From Lytechinus pictus (lineage: Eukaryota): 64,000 nt of DNA. Positions 39,201 to 51,200 of this stretch are shown here, piece by piece. The stretch's first letter is position 1. The number at the start of each line of letters is the position of its first letter. Under the pieces are notes generated by a model. It did not search any database, had not been told where the DNA came from, and saw only the letters and a list, made by a program, of their open reading frames with translations. The DNA lies in the NCBI RefSeq assembly GCF_037042905.1, contig NC_087245.1, forward strand, positions 1,302,001-1,366,000, read 5' to 3'. The translations under genes and the position numbers were made by a program.

Positions 39201-42200
39201 TTTTTGTGTCTAATGTTGAGATTTGATGTAATCTTTATGTAAATGCAAAATCTATTTAGCTTAAAGTTTTGAGTACTCTTGATCTCATTGATAAGTACAT
39301 ACATGTATTTAGTCATGTGCTCGTACATCAGATCAATGTACTCGAATTCACAGTTGAATACCTACATGTAATTGTAATTAAACTCTCGTTTTTCATCTTA
39401 TTTTGACATACTTTTGCAAATTGAATTCCATCTAATTTTATCTTATGATACTAAATAATGAAGGTATAGTATAATTCATTATCATTTTAATAACACACTG
39501 AAGTTTAGATTAAAACCTTCATTCATTTAGTAGCTTTCTCAATTATAATTTTAAACTGGAAAAGTGTTTACCATATGATTAGTGATGAAAAGATTTTTCA
39601 AACTTGAATTTGCTTCAAATCAACCTCATCAAACAGATCACCTGTAATTCAAAATACAGAAGAAAAAAATTTGTCAAAATTAGAATACTCATTCACTGTC
39701 AATTCAAATGATTGTTTGCTTTTTGCATACAGATTATAAAAATTAAGACCTAGTATTCTATAATAGAAATACATATTGTTTTAATTTCCAGTTTAAATAT
39801 GCAATCTAACTATCTAGGTTTGTTTTATTAGTATTTCAATTTTCAAAACAGTTAATGTTCACTATTGGAAAAAATGATATAATAAATCACACATTCAAAA
39901 TTTTTATAGAAAATTAATACAAAAATGTCATAGACAACCATTTTCATTTCTTTCATTTATATTACAAAGCAAAATTGAATATAGTTTATACACTATTTTG
40001 CCTAACAAATTCCATATTGTATTATTGCCAATAATAAATTAAATTCAATTCTTTACCCAAAATCAAAATTTGACAAACTTATCAAATAAATAAAAGAATA
40101 ATTTTGAAATAAATTGAATTCTGTATATAAATGCATTGAATGACTTTCTTTCATGAGATACCAAAAATATATCACCTACAAAGCCAGCTTATTATAGCAC
40201 CAAGTCAAGTATATTAGATAATTTTTGATATCTCATTATAAAAGCATCCAATATGGTTAGAACTACTGTATATATTTTCTGTTTAATCCTATCATTATGT
40301 GTATGCAAAATATCCATGCTTTCTTGAGTGCATCATACAGTCCTTAAGACTCTGCATAAAATCATACTATATAAAGAGAAAATGAATTGTACTGGAAGTA
40401 CATGTAACACATAATTGGTAGACAAGAATAAAGAAAATAGATGGAAGATATTATTTGATAGAAAGAATGAAGCTGTATACAGTAACATCCAGAACTGTTC
40501 ACCTTCTCTTTTTAGAGTATGATTTCAATGCAATGTCTACACATGTATGATTCTTTGAGCACCCATTATCTAGAATGCAAGATAATTTGCTTTTCCTAAA
40601 TCCTATATTTAAGTATATTGTTAGTTTCCCTTTCCTAGTGCCGTTCTATAGGGAGTATAAGCGACTTATTTACTGTTGAGGCTTTCCTCGATCGCACCAC
40701 CATACTCCAATACTAGGCACCGTGTTTCTTTATTTCAATTGTGTATGACCGAAATTCTGTATTCATACGCCCTATTAGGACTGTTGGACTTCAGCCACTG
40801 GCTTCGGCACGTACTAGCCCAGAATTTTTCTAACAGGTCATATTCACAAGGGTACACTTAATACATCAATTTAAAATAAATCCAAACCTAATGTAGTAAA
40901 GAGAGCAATCAAATTCTGGATTAAATTTCCAACTTATAGAATTGTTTTTAAATCTCAAAAATTTTGAAATTTAAAATTAAATCTATAAGTGTCAAAATAA
41001 ATCCAGTATTTAACTGTTTCTAACTACAGTCAGTTTGGATTAATTTCAAATCCATGCAATGTAGTGTGTCTACTAACAATTCTTCAAGATGAAAATAATC
41101 TATTGAAGAATGAAGATAATCTATTGAAGAACGAAGATAATCTATTGAAGAATGAAGATAATCTATTGAAGAACGAAGAATACATGTAACTTCTGCTACT
41201 ATTGGCGTCAATGAAATATCTGTCAAATTTCACTCCTATTTATACATTTTACAGAGACCCTCTGCACCAAGTTTTCATCCAATCAAATTGTCTTCCTACA
41301 AACAACCAATCACCTTTAAAGACAAAAAAAAGAACCAATCAAAATCAAGATCCAAATGTTCATTAAGCTCATTTGAATATGCAAAATTTATTCATGGCCA
41401 CTCCTCAGGTGTTTATCTCGAATTAGCAGCTGTTTTTAACTGAAAAACAACTTTTACAATGAACAAACAAGAAATGTACATTCAAACAAACAACATTTCT
41501 AATGTATTACATTTTTAGGTCAGTGCACTTGTACTTTCATGACCACAACATTCCCAAAGGTCAGCTAACCCAAACTTTAACATAATCTATACAAAACAGG
41601 ACCCTAACCTCACACTTTCAACCAATCACTGTTCTTGAGATTTGCCTATAATGCAAATAAGGATCCTAAGCACACTTGTGTCAACCAATCACTAAACATA
41701 TATATCATCCAATCCCTTCACAGCAAAGTCCACCAATTGCATTGCTTATCTATTCTGCACTGACTAATTGGAAATGACACTAAATAATAAAGATAACTAT
41801 TTGCATATAATTTGTATATTATGCAAATAATGATTTAGTTTTATGCCAACCTAGAAGGAATCTTCAAAACAGATTCCTTCTAGGTCTGCATACAATTCAA
41901 CTTTTTCATGCCTTTACCCACCATACATTTATGTGACCCTATTCTCATTAAAATCCTAAAACTAGTTTAGTCCAAACTACTGTAATAAAGGTGCACTAAT
42001 GTGAATTAGCAATCTTCCAAACCAATTTCAAATGCACCATCCCAAGAAGCCAATTGATTTTGAGGTCAAATTAATAGATTTAAATTTTTTTTTGGTGTGT
42101 CGATAGATGACACCAAAATACACGCCAAGTTTAGAGTCCGCAGGTCAAAGGTCAGACCTCATTAAATATGCGAGATGGTTTCCGCATGATAATTTATAAA

Positions 42201-45200
42201 ATACCCAACAGATTTAAAAAGTTTGTGGTATGCAGGTTGATCAAACCAAAATACAGGCTTAACTTCAAATTCAGAGTCCGCAGGTCAAAGGTCACAGCTC
42301 ATTAAATATGCAAGTTGGTTTCTGCATAACTTATGAAATATTCAAGAGATAGAAAAAAAAATTGGTGTGTAAATAGATGACACCAAAATACAGGCTTAAG
42401 TTTTAATTCGGAGTCCGCAGGTCCAAGGTCGCAGCTCGTAAAACTTGCAAGTTGGTTTCCGCATGATCACTTCTGAAATATTCAACAGATTTAAAAAGTT
42501 TTTTAGGGGGAAGGTTGATGACCCCAAAATACAGGCTAAGTTTGAATTCAGAGTCCGCAGGTCAAAGGTCACAGCTCATTATATATCCAAGTTAACTTTC
42601 GAAATATTCACCAGATTTAAAAAATGTTTAGTGTCTCAATAGATGACATCAAATGACCTGACTTTCATATCTTCTATTAGAGATTATTATACAAAGGGCG
42701 AGCGAGTCTTTAGGTCAAAGATCTAAATTTCTTCATTATACAGTGCGTATCAAAAAAAAGTTTACACTTAGAAAATTATACATTTGTCATATCCTGAAGA
42801 TTTTTCCACATTTTAACATTTGTACAGATCCATTTAAGCAAATGACTATATAACTGTCAAAAAACATTTCCACTTGAGTGAGCACCACTTACTTTTCAAA
42901 AGTTAGTCAATAATGATTCGCACAGAACTTTCAAATAGTTATGCGAATAAAAGTAGACCTTTAATAATCATGAATAACACGTCGAATTTAGCTAGTAAAA
43001 TTGATTGTAAGATATATTTTACCTTTTGTATTTTGTTTCCTTTCCCAAACTACTTCAAGGTGTGCATTGCACCCCACCCCACCCCACACACCGAGGCCAT
43101 TGTGACAATATTTGCTTTACACTTAGCTGTGATTTACATAAAATGGCTTAGGCTTGATTTTCATTTTGTCAATCATTGTCAAGCTTGGGAAAAATGTGGA
43201 GAAACATGTATTTAATAAAAAATGAAATGTAAACCCACTATAAATGATAAAAACTTAGTGAAAAAATACTACAGATATCTGGTATAAACTTTTGTTCAGA
43301 TTCACTTATGTCCTCAGATCCAGCTGACACAAAAAGAGTAAAGGTTGTGTTAATTAAGTGTTAAAATTTCAATTTGAGTGGTAAAATGGTTAGAAAATGC
43401 TTGAATGTATCCGATTTATTTCAATTGACTTAAAGTGCAAGGAAAATGTAGGAGAAATGTTTCGCAGGGTAAGTTTGATTTCGCCCTTTCCCCTTGACAC
43501 AGCGTACAAACAAGCATTTCTGTGCAAACAGATTTCTGCGAGCTTTACAAATCGGACAGTGCTCACTCAAGTGTAACATTCTGTCAAAACTTTTACTTTC
43601 ATTGGATAGATGAGACCCAAACCCATGATTATATGTCAAAAAATTACCCACATGGTGTATATTTTTTAATTCCCAGGGCGTTTTCAAAGTGTAAACTTTT
43701 TTTGATACGCACTGTATATATGCATATTGGTTTCTACATGATTTTAAGTTCAATCATATTGAATGAATTTGTGATTACATTATTCAATACCCGTTTTCAA
43801 ACTCAGCACTGCTGCTTGCTCTGATCGCGCAATGCAGGCGAGACAGCCAGAGGCGTTCCACTTGTTAAACATGCTAAACCTGTCAAGATTAAAGGGAACA
43901 ACCTACATGTAAGACCATTGATAGTACCTTTGCTCAACTTTCTATACTAACTGTCATAAAAAAATGACTTTAGTGCAAGTCTCATTCGGTTTTCTAGTGC
44001 GAGGTGCCATTGAATGAAAGGTATGATTGATGATAGGTAAGAGTTCAGCAAGACATTTGAAATTATATTCTTGTCATGTTTTGTTTTTCTTTGTTTTCAG
44101 AGAGGTCCAGCAGTATCGACCTGAAGTAAGAAACTCTGAGGCTGTGGTTTTTGCTATCAAGGTCTCTGCAGCTTTCAGTAGTAATAACTATTGCAGATTC
44201 TTCAAACTTATCAGGTAATCTCATTTAGCATTTCTTCAATTTTGCTACAAATCTGGGAGAAAGAATGAATAAATATGGATGATGTATGTAAACAATGTAT
44301 GAATGCCTTGAGTGTCCATTTTAATGCGAGTAATTGGAAAGGTATTTCAAGAGGTTGTTAGGTAGCCTACTATATTTGCTATGATCACAGACAACTGTGG
44401 CAGTGGTTTCTTATTCTTTACAACCCATTCTCATAATCTTATCTTGCCTTCCTATTTGTGTACAGGGTGGCTTCATTCTTAAATGCATGCATCCTTCATC
44501 GCTACTTTGTCCAGCTTCGATGTCTGGCATTAGAGACAATGAACAAAGCCTTCACCACACCCAAGGGTACCTCAATGTTTCCTACCGCTGAACTCGTCCA
44601 TCTTCTGGCCTTTGAAGATGATGAACAGGTGAGGTGTTCTTGTTCCTACACCATTTTCTGTCACAGATGGATACATTACTTGTAATACTTAATCTGATGA
44701 ATATTGTGATATAATAACAAAGATGTGAGGATTAATTTTTAAAACCTTGGCATGGTCATAGGTAAATCTGCCTTGTTTTCTTCTTATGCCAATAAGGTGT
44801 GTTAAGTGCAGAAATACTAATTTGTTACGGGTGTAAATTCATTGGTAGTAGGCCCAGTAATGCTCCATTGCATTAGCTACTGGTGGACCGGAGAAGTCAT
44901 TGCCAAAAAAAATTAAGCTGCATGCTTGATAATCTCTGTTGCTGGCTTAGTAGCAGGTACACTCAGATCATGAAAAAAAAGCAGTAAGAACACTTCCTAT
45001 TGAACGGAATGTGTATACATTTTTAAAGAGCTTAGAAATCCAGTAATTGAGTTTTTCTTATTTTTGTTATAGTGAATAGTGAAATGGATTTTAAGAAACG
45101 TCTACAAGAACTACTATTATTACGTTTTATAGGCTTCAAATTTCTGTGAGTGTCATGGTTTGGGTAATGCAGATGGTTGCATCCAACTTAGCAGAGGTGG

Positions 45201-48200
45201 GTTCATCTACCCGGAGGAGGCCATCACATCACAAAGAGCGCCCTCTGTAATTGAAGCTAAGAATGATCAATCAGTTGGAGAGGTAAAATAAAGTAGTTTA
45301 AAATTTCCTTGTATTTATTATTAGGCCTAATGGCCCATATTTTGAATTCTGGTTAAATAAGGCCACGTTCTATGCCTGTAATAAAAACTCTTTTTGTTTG
45401 AATTATATGGATCTAATGTTTCCTCATTCTTTAGTGGTGATGAAAATGTTTTTTATTCCTAGACAGCTATTATTTATTTGAGTGCCAAACATTTTAATAA
45501 ACTGAACCTCTAGTGTCAAAGATTTGTTAAACCATATGTTAAGGCCAAAGCTTAAATCGAATTGGAGTTAAGAATACGAGCCTAAATATATCTTTTTCAT
45601 GGTATTCATGAACATGCTTTTTTTTGTATCCCTTGACATGTTTTACTTTGTATGTTTTACTTGTCTAAATGAATACAATACAAATACAAAAATGCTTCCT
45701 TTATTCATTTGATCCAAATACCCAAACTATGTTACTGTAGAATTAAGAACATTGACTTGCAGGTCTAGCTTTCTTCAATGTTATTGGTATTTATGTATAT
45801 GTGGATTGTTTGATATATCCCATAGGTAGTAAACAATGGCCCTCTTCCTTTAGCTCCACCACATACTCCTATATCAAGCTTTGATGTGAATGGAAGACTT
45901 CTAGACAGAGGTGTGGAAGATAAAACCGGTCAAGGTACGGATAGTTTGACAAAAAGAAGGGTTCTTAAAATTGGATGAATAATCTTGATTTGTGTTATAT
46001 CTGAATTAATTGTGCTATTCATTTATCCAGTTGTCTATATTTAGCTCATTTTATTGTCTCACCTGCATAGCAGAGTGAGACTATAGGCGCCGCTTTTCCG
46101 ACGGCGACGGCGACGGCGGCGGCGACGGCGGCGTCAACACCAAATCTTAACCTGAGGTTAAGTTTTTGAAATGACAGCATAACTTAGAAAGTATATGGAC
46201 CTAGTTCATGAAACTTGGCCATAAGGTTAATCAAGTATTACTAAACATCCTGCCTGAGTTTCATGTCACATGACCAAGGTCAAAGGTCATTTAGGGTCAA
46301 TGAACTTAGACCATGTTGGGGGAATCAACATCAGAATCTTAACCTAAGGTTAAGTTTTTGAAATGTCATCATAACTTAGAAAATATATGGACCTAGTTCA
46401 TGAAACTTATACATAAGATTAATCAAGTATCACTGAACATCCTGCATGAGTTTCACGTCACATGACCGGGGTCAAAGGTCATTTAGGGTCAATGAACTTT
46501 GGCCGAATTGGGGGTATCTGTTGAATTACCATCATAACTTTGAAAGTTTATGGATCTGATTCATGAAACTTGGACATAATAGTAATCAAGTATTACTGAA
46601 CATCCTGTGCAAGTTTAGGGTCACATGATCAAGGTCAAAGGTCATTTAGGGTCAATGAACTTTGGCCAAATTGGGGTATTTGTTGAATTACAGCCATAAA
46701 TTTGAAAGTGTGTTGGTCTAGTTCATAAAACTTGGACATAATAGTAATCAAGTATCACTGAACATCCTGTGCGAGTTTCAGGTCACATGATCAAGGTCAA
46801 AGAACTTTGGCCACGTTGGGGGTATTTGTTGAATTGCCATCATATCTCTATAGGTGTATTGGTCTAGTTCATAAAACGTGGAAATAAGAGTAACCAAGTA
46901 TCACTGAACATCTTGTGCGAGTTATAGTAGTTTTCAAAATCAGCACTGCTGCTATATTGAATCGCGTGATGCAGGTGAGACGGCCAGAGGCATTCCACTT
47001 GTTGATATTTATAAGTCCCTTTTCCACAGTGTGTGTTTGTCAATCATATTCTTATAACCAAGTCAAGGATTTAAAATTTACTCTTGGAGCTTTGTTTTCC
47101 TATCCCGTAACAACTGATATTGGTGTTGTGTGACTTTGATATGAAATTAATCAATTTGAAAATGTTCTGATTTTTGTTCGTTTGCATTTTAATGTTAATT
47201 TTTCTGTTTTTTTTGTTTTACTCTGCAATTGAATATGTAAACAACCAACAGAACAGTAATCTAAAGTACAGTAGTTTCTTTTAAACTTCACTATAGAACA
47301 GATTATTATTTTTGCCCAACTCATAGTGAAGATGAATCACCAATTTTGACTATTTCCCCAAATGAACGTCAACAAAATTTTAGATATCAAAAGAAAAGTC
47401 ATGCACACCCTGTTTAGGTAGAATAATTCTTAAGTAAATAAGGCTCAATTTCAATCTTTATCATCCACTTTCAAAGTTTTAAAGAAGGGATTTTATTTTT
47501 TCAAACTTCCATTTTTTTTTCAGAAATGGCACAACCAGAAAGGAAGATTGAGAAAGCAACCCTACAGGAACACCTGCCAATCCAACAAGTGATCCAGTTC
47601 CAGGAACCACAAACACGGGAGGTTATTCCAGAAGTTACTCAATATCCACAACAGGCTGTTTTACAAGCTAGGGTGGAGGAAACTAAACCCATTATAAACC
47701 AAGAGGTAGGTTGGCTTTGAGTATAAGGTTATAAGTGCAAACAACTTAGTAATTAATCTTGTGCAATACAATGAAAGGGAGAATGAGGAAATTGATTGTG
47801 TACATGTATGTTTGAAGAAATAAGGTACACTAAAAGCAATTCTATGTAGTCAGATATTGGATGAGGATACTTGTTCATTCATGTTGTACTTGTAATGATG
47901 TGTAGAATTTCAATATAATGAGGCAAATGACCTTGGCATTGTCCATGGTTGGGGAAAAATTCATAACAACATATCCATTGCCCCAAATGAGAGAGAGAGA
48001 GAGAGAGAGTGATTGATTAAAATACATAATTTTGTAGCTAGGCAATAAGAAATGTCTCCTTTATATTTTTAACTCAGTCTTACATTTGTTTCTTTCCCAC
48101 CATTTAGGTTGTTAAAGACATCACCAAAGAGCTCTTTTTAGATGTCATTGATGAGATGATAAGAGACCTATCTATAAAGTTTATGGATACCCTAGCTCTC

Positions 48201-51200
48201 ATCCAAGCAACACCTGGTGTTCTTACTGACCTCATAGATGCTGAACTACGTGCATTGAGCCATTGTGTTGCTATGGAGACTCTAGAAGAGGAACGCTATG
48301 CTGAGGCCGTGAGAATAGAGCAAAAGTAAGAATTGACAGTTCATTCCTAATAAGGAAAAAAAAACTAAACTAGCAATTCTTTGTATGTCGCTTTGCACCC
48401 TTTAGTTTCTGTGACTGAGTGATGAGAATGCAATGAAAGATAGAAGGAAGTGGAGGAAGGAGGAAATGTCATTTTGGCATGAGAGTCGGTTACCCTTCGC
48501 AAAAGGGAATCGCTAACTGAAATATACACGTATGATTACGTTATTATTTCCTGGCCAGTGATTATTTGGCTTGAAAAATGCTCTCTTGTTTGTAATAATA
48601 TTAATATCTATACTACTTTTGTTTGTAATCTGCTTTTGTGTTCTTGTCGGGAGCCATCAATATGGCCACCAAGATGGATGCAGTGTGTATCTTTATCTAA
48701 ATGATGTATTTGGAATTGACAAGTCATGTGGTCAACTAGTTAAAAGTCCATGTATAATTTCTTATTATTAGTACCCTTGATTGTGTCATCCGTGCTGATA
48801 CTCTTACCTGTGCATTGCTTATATTACTTATCACTGTTTGTTTTTTCTTTCACAGGAGGGCAGCGGAAGAAGCATCAAGAAAAGAGAAAGAATTGAATGC
48901 TTTGAAAGAAGAGGCCTGTAGACAGATCACAGAGGAGATCTTGGATGAGATCATGGAGAGAACTCTTGAAGGGATTATTGAGAAGGAAATTAGGTAGGAC
49001 CATCTTCACTATTTCACACAGTATAATATCTGTAGAACTACACTTTGTAATGGGACAATTACAGATGATCGATGCAATTTGATATCACTCTTTGTTTGCC
49101 TGTATTATACCTTGCCTTCCTTCTTGATAAATTTAAACATCAAAATTACGCCTCTCCATCAACCTAACCATCTCCTGAAAACAATGATCTTTCAGCTTTC
49201 TTGATGTCATGATATTCAACTATACTGAAAAAAGACCCCAAAAATCAAGCAAATCTTCAAAAGACATAAGTGCCATTTGAATGTGCTAACAAAAACCTTT
49301 TCTAAATAGATAAAATGTGTTTTACAAAGAAACAAAATGCTGTTACAATCCAAGAGGCCTTGAATTATATATACAAAAGCAGAAGTAAATTTAAAATAGA
49401 AAATAAATGTTGAGAGTCAAACCTGATTGGCTGTTGATTTTGTATATTCCCAATACTACCATTCCTTCACAGGATGAATTTTAATCACTTTCAAAGGAGA
49501 AAAAAAACACACAAGATGCTTTATTGCTGAAAATGTTACTATAAATATCAACCATTTCAAACTTGTTATGCAGTGAGTATGAAGCTGAGCTTAGGAGACA
49601 AGCCATTGAGCGCTGCAGCTTCATCACGTCAGAAGAGATATTACTTGACCTTGTCATGTCTGAGGTCAATGCCATATCAAATGAGGTCATTACTATAGCA
49701 ACAGCTGAGAGAGACAAGAGACTTGCAGAAATTGAGGAGGCTTATCGACTTAGGCAACTCAATTTCCTTTACCAAAAGTAAGTCATATTCATGTTTTATA
49801 GTCCAGAATTAGAATATCAATTTGACTGTGCCTTTGAATAAAAATGATAATGTGTTTGAGTTTAAATATATGTTCCATTATAAAAGGACATTCTCGTCTT
49901 AGAATCTAGTTTGCATATTTATTGTTGCTATGTCTGTCAAGCTTTCTCATTGTCTAGACAACTTTTGTCTGAGAAGTATGCATAAAATTTGAATATTGTA
50001 GTAAGGAGTTCTGATCCCTCCATACATTCCATGATTTCATCATGAATAGCATCAATTCAAGTATATAGACTGGATTTTAGTGTTCAGGCCATAGTGCAGG
50101 CACTCACTCATGCTTTCCTGAAATGATATTCTGAAGGGTCAGTAAATCAAAACATGTGATACTGCATTCTAAACTCTTGATTTCATGGTACAACTCAAAT
50201 ACTGCCTGTAGATACAGGTGAAAATACCTTCTCAGGTTCTTCCCTCCCTCGCTCACTTTGCTGCCTCGCACTTGAATTCAAGGAAATTCGCAAATGCTCC
50301 CTGGGGCATCTCTGTATAATGAAGTTTTGCCTTCCAATAAGATTGGTGTCATTATGTGTTTAATAGATGGTGTCGTGCTCATGCAAAGAGGGTAAAGATA
50401 CGTCGAGCTCTGGAGACCTTTCCTGCTGGACCACCCAGTCAGAACACAGCGGAGCAGCTTGAGGTCCTCTGGCCAAAGCGAAGGGAACACTTTGGTGAAG
50501 CGCCCTCTCCTGTTGACCAAGACACAATGTTGAGGTCGAGAGAACCTTTACCCATGTCTCTCAGCACTCCTTATGGGTAAGTAAACCATATTTGTAATTG
50601 AGGTCAAATCTCACTTCAAACCTGTTTACATCAGTTCTGCCCATCAATTTAAAGGAGATATTAATTGCTGAAGCAAGTTTCTTTCATTTTAAATGAGCAT
50701 TTAACAGAAAGTCATCCACCTTCGATTCCAAAACACTTGTGTTGCTAATCAATAATCTAAGAGTACAATAAAGATTGAAAGAAAAAAAAAAAATAATAAT
50801 CTAAGAGTACAAATCGACCTGTATTTTGCATCTCAACAGTGTTCTAGTGTCAACTAAGGTTCCTTACATTTTGCATTCAGCAGACATTATGTAGTGCTCA
50901 AGCACATAGACTACAAAGCATACATTACTGCTCTTATTGTATTTACTCAAATTCTGAGGTTAATCATGTCCAAGCCAAAAATATTTATTACCACAATGCA
51001 GTGATTTTTATTTGATATCTTCTTATTTTTATTGAAGTATTTGCAATGCCTTACTGAGTCATTGTAAGATTAACTAACATTGCCTTCCTAGTTTGCTTGT
51101 TAGCTGAAAATCTCAATCTTCTTTAGAGAGATTCTAATTATCATTGTATTCTTGTTGATATACAGTGTGGTTAGTGAGCGGGAATCCTTAGCTAAACACA

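Larger units (their letters stand above)
26312..43866 (-). mobile_element. Full-length autonomous Helentron (Helitron2/HLE2), about 17.5 kb, intronic in MCM3AP
   Basis: The left end follows a T-run: tgtctcgcctgcat (26312-26325) with fold-back partner gcagagcgagac, a (GGC/GAC)n microsatellite and tandem repeats. The right end has the exact reverse complement atgcaggcgagaca (43832-43845) followed by gccagaggcgttccacttgtt. No TSD. It contains the Rep-Hel-EN ORF, and both ends match the short copies at 46054 and 54921. Strand given is the ORF strand. Confidence 0.88.

Noticed and set aside
41020..41226. ORF with LHSSIDY repeats
   Set aside because: Translation of the 21-bp minisatellite.
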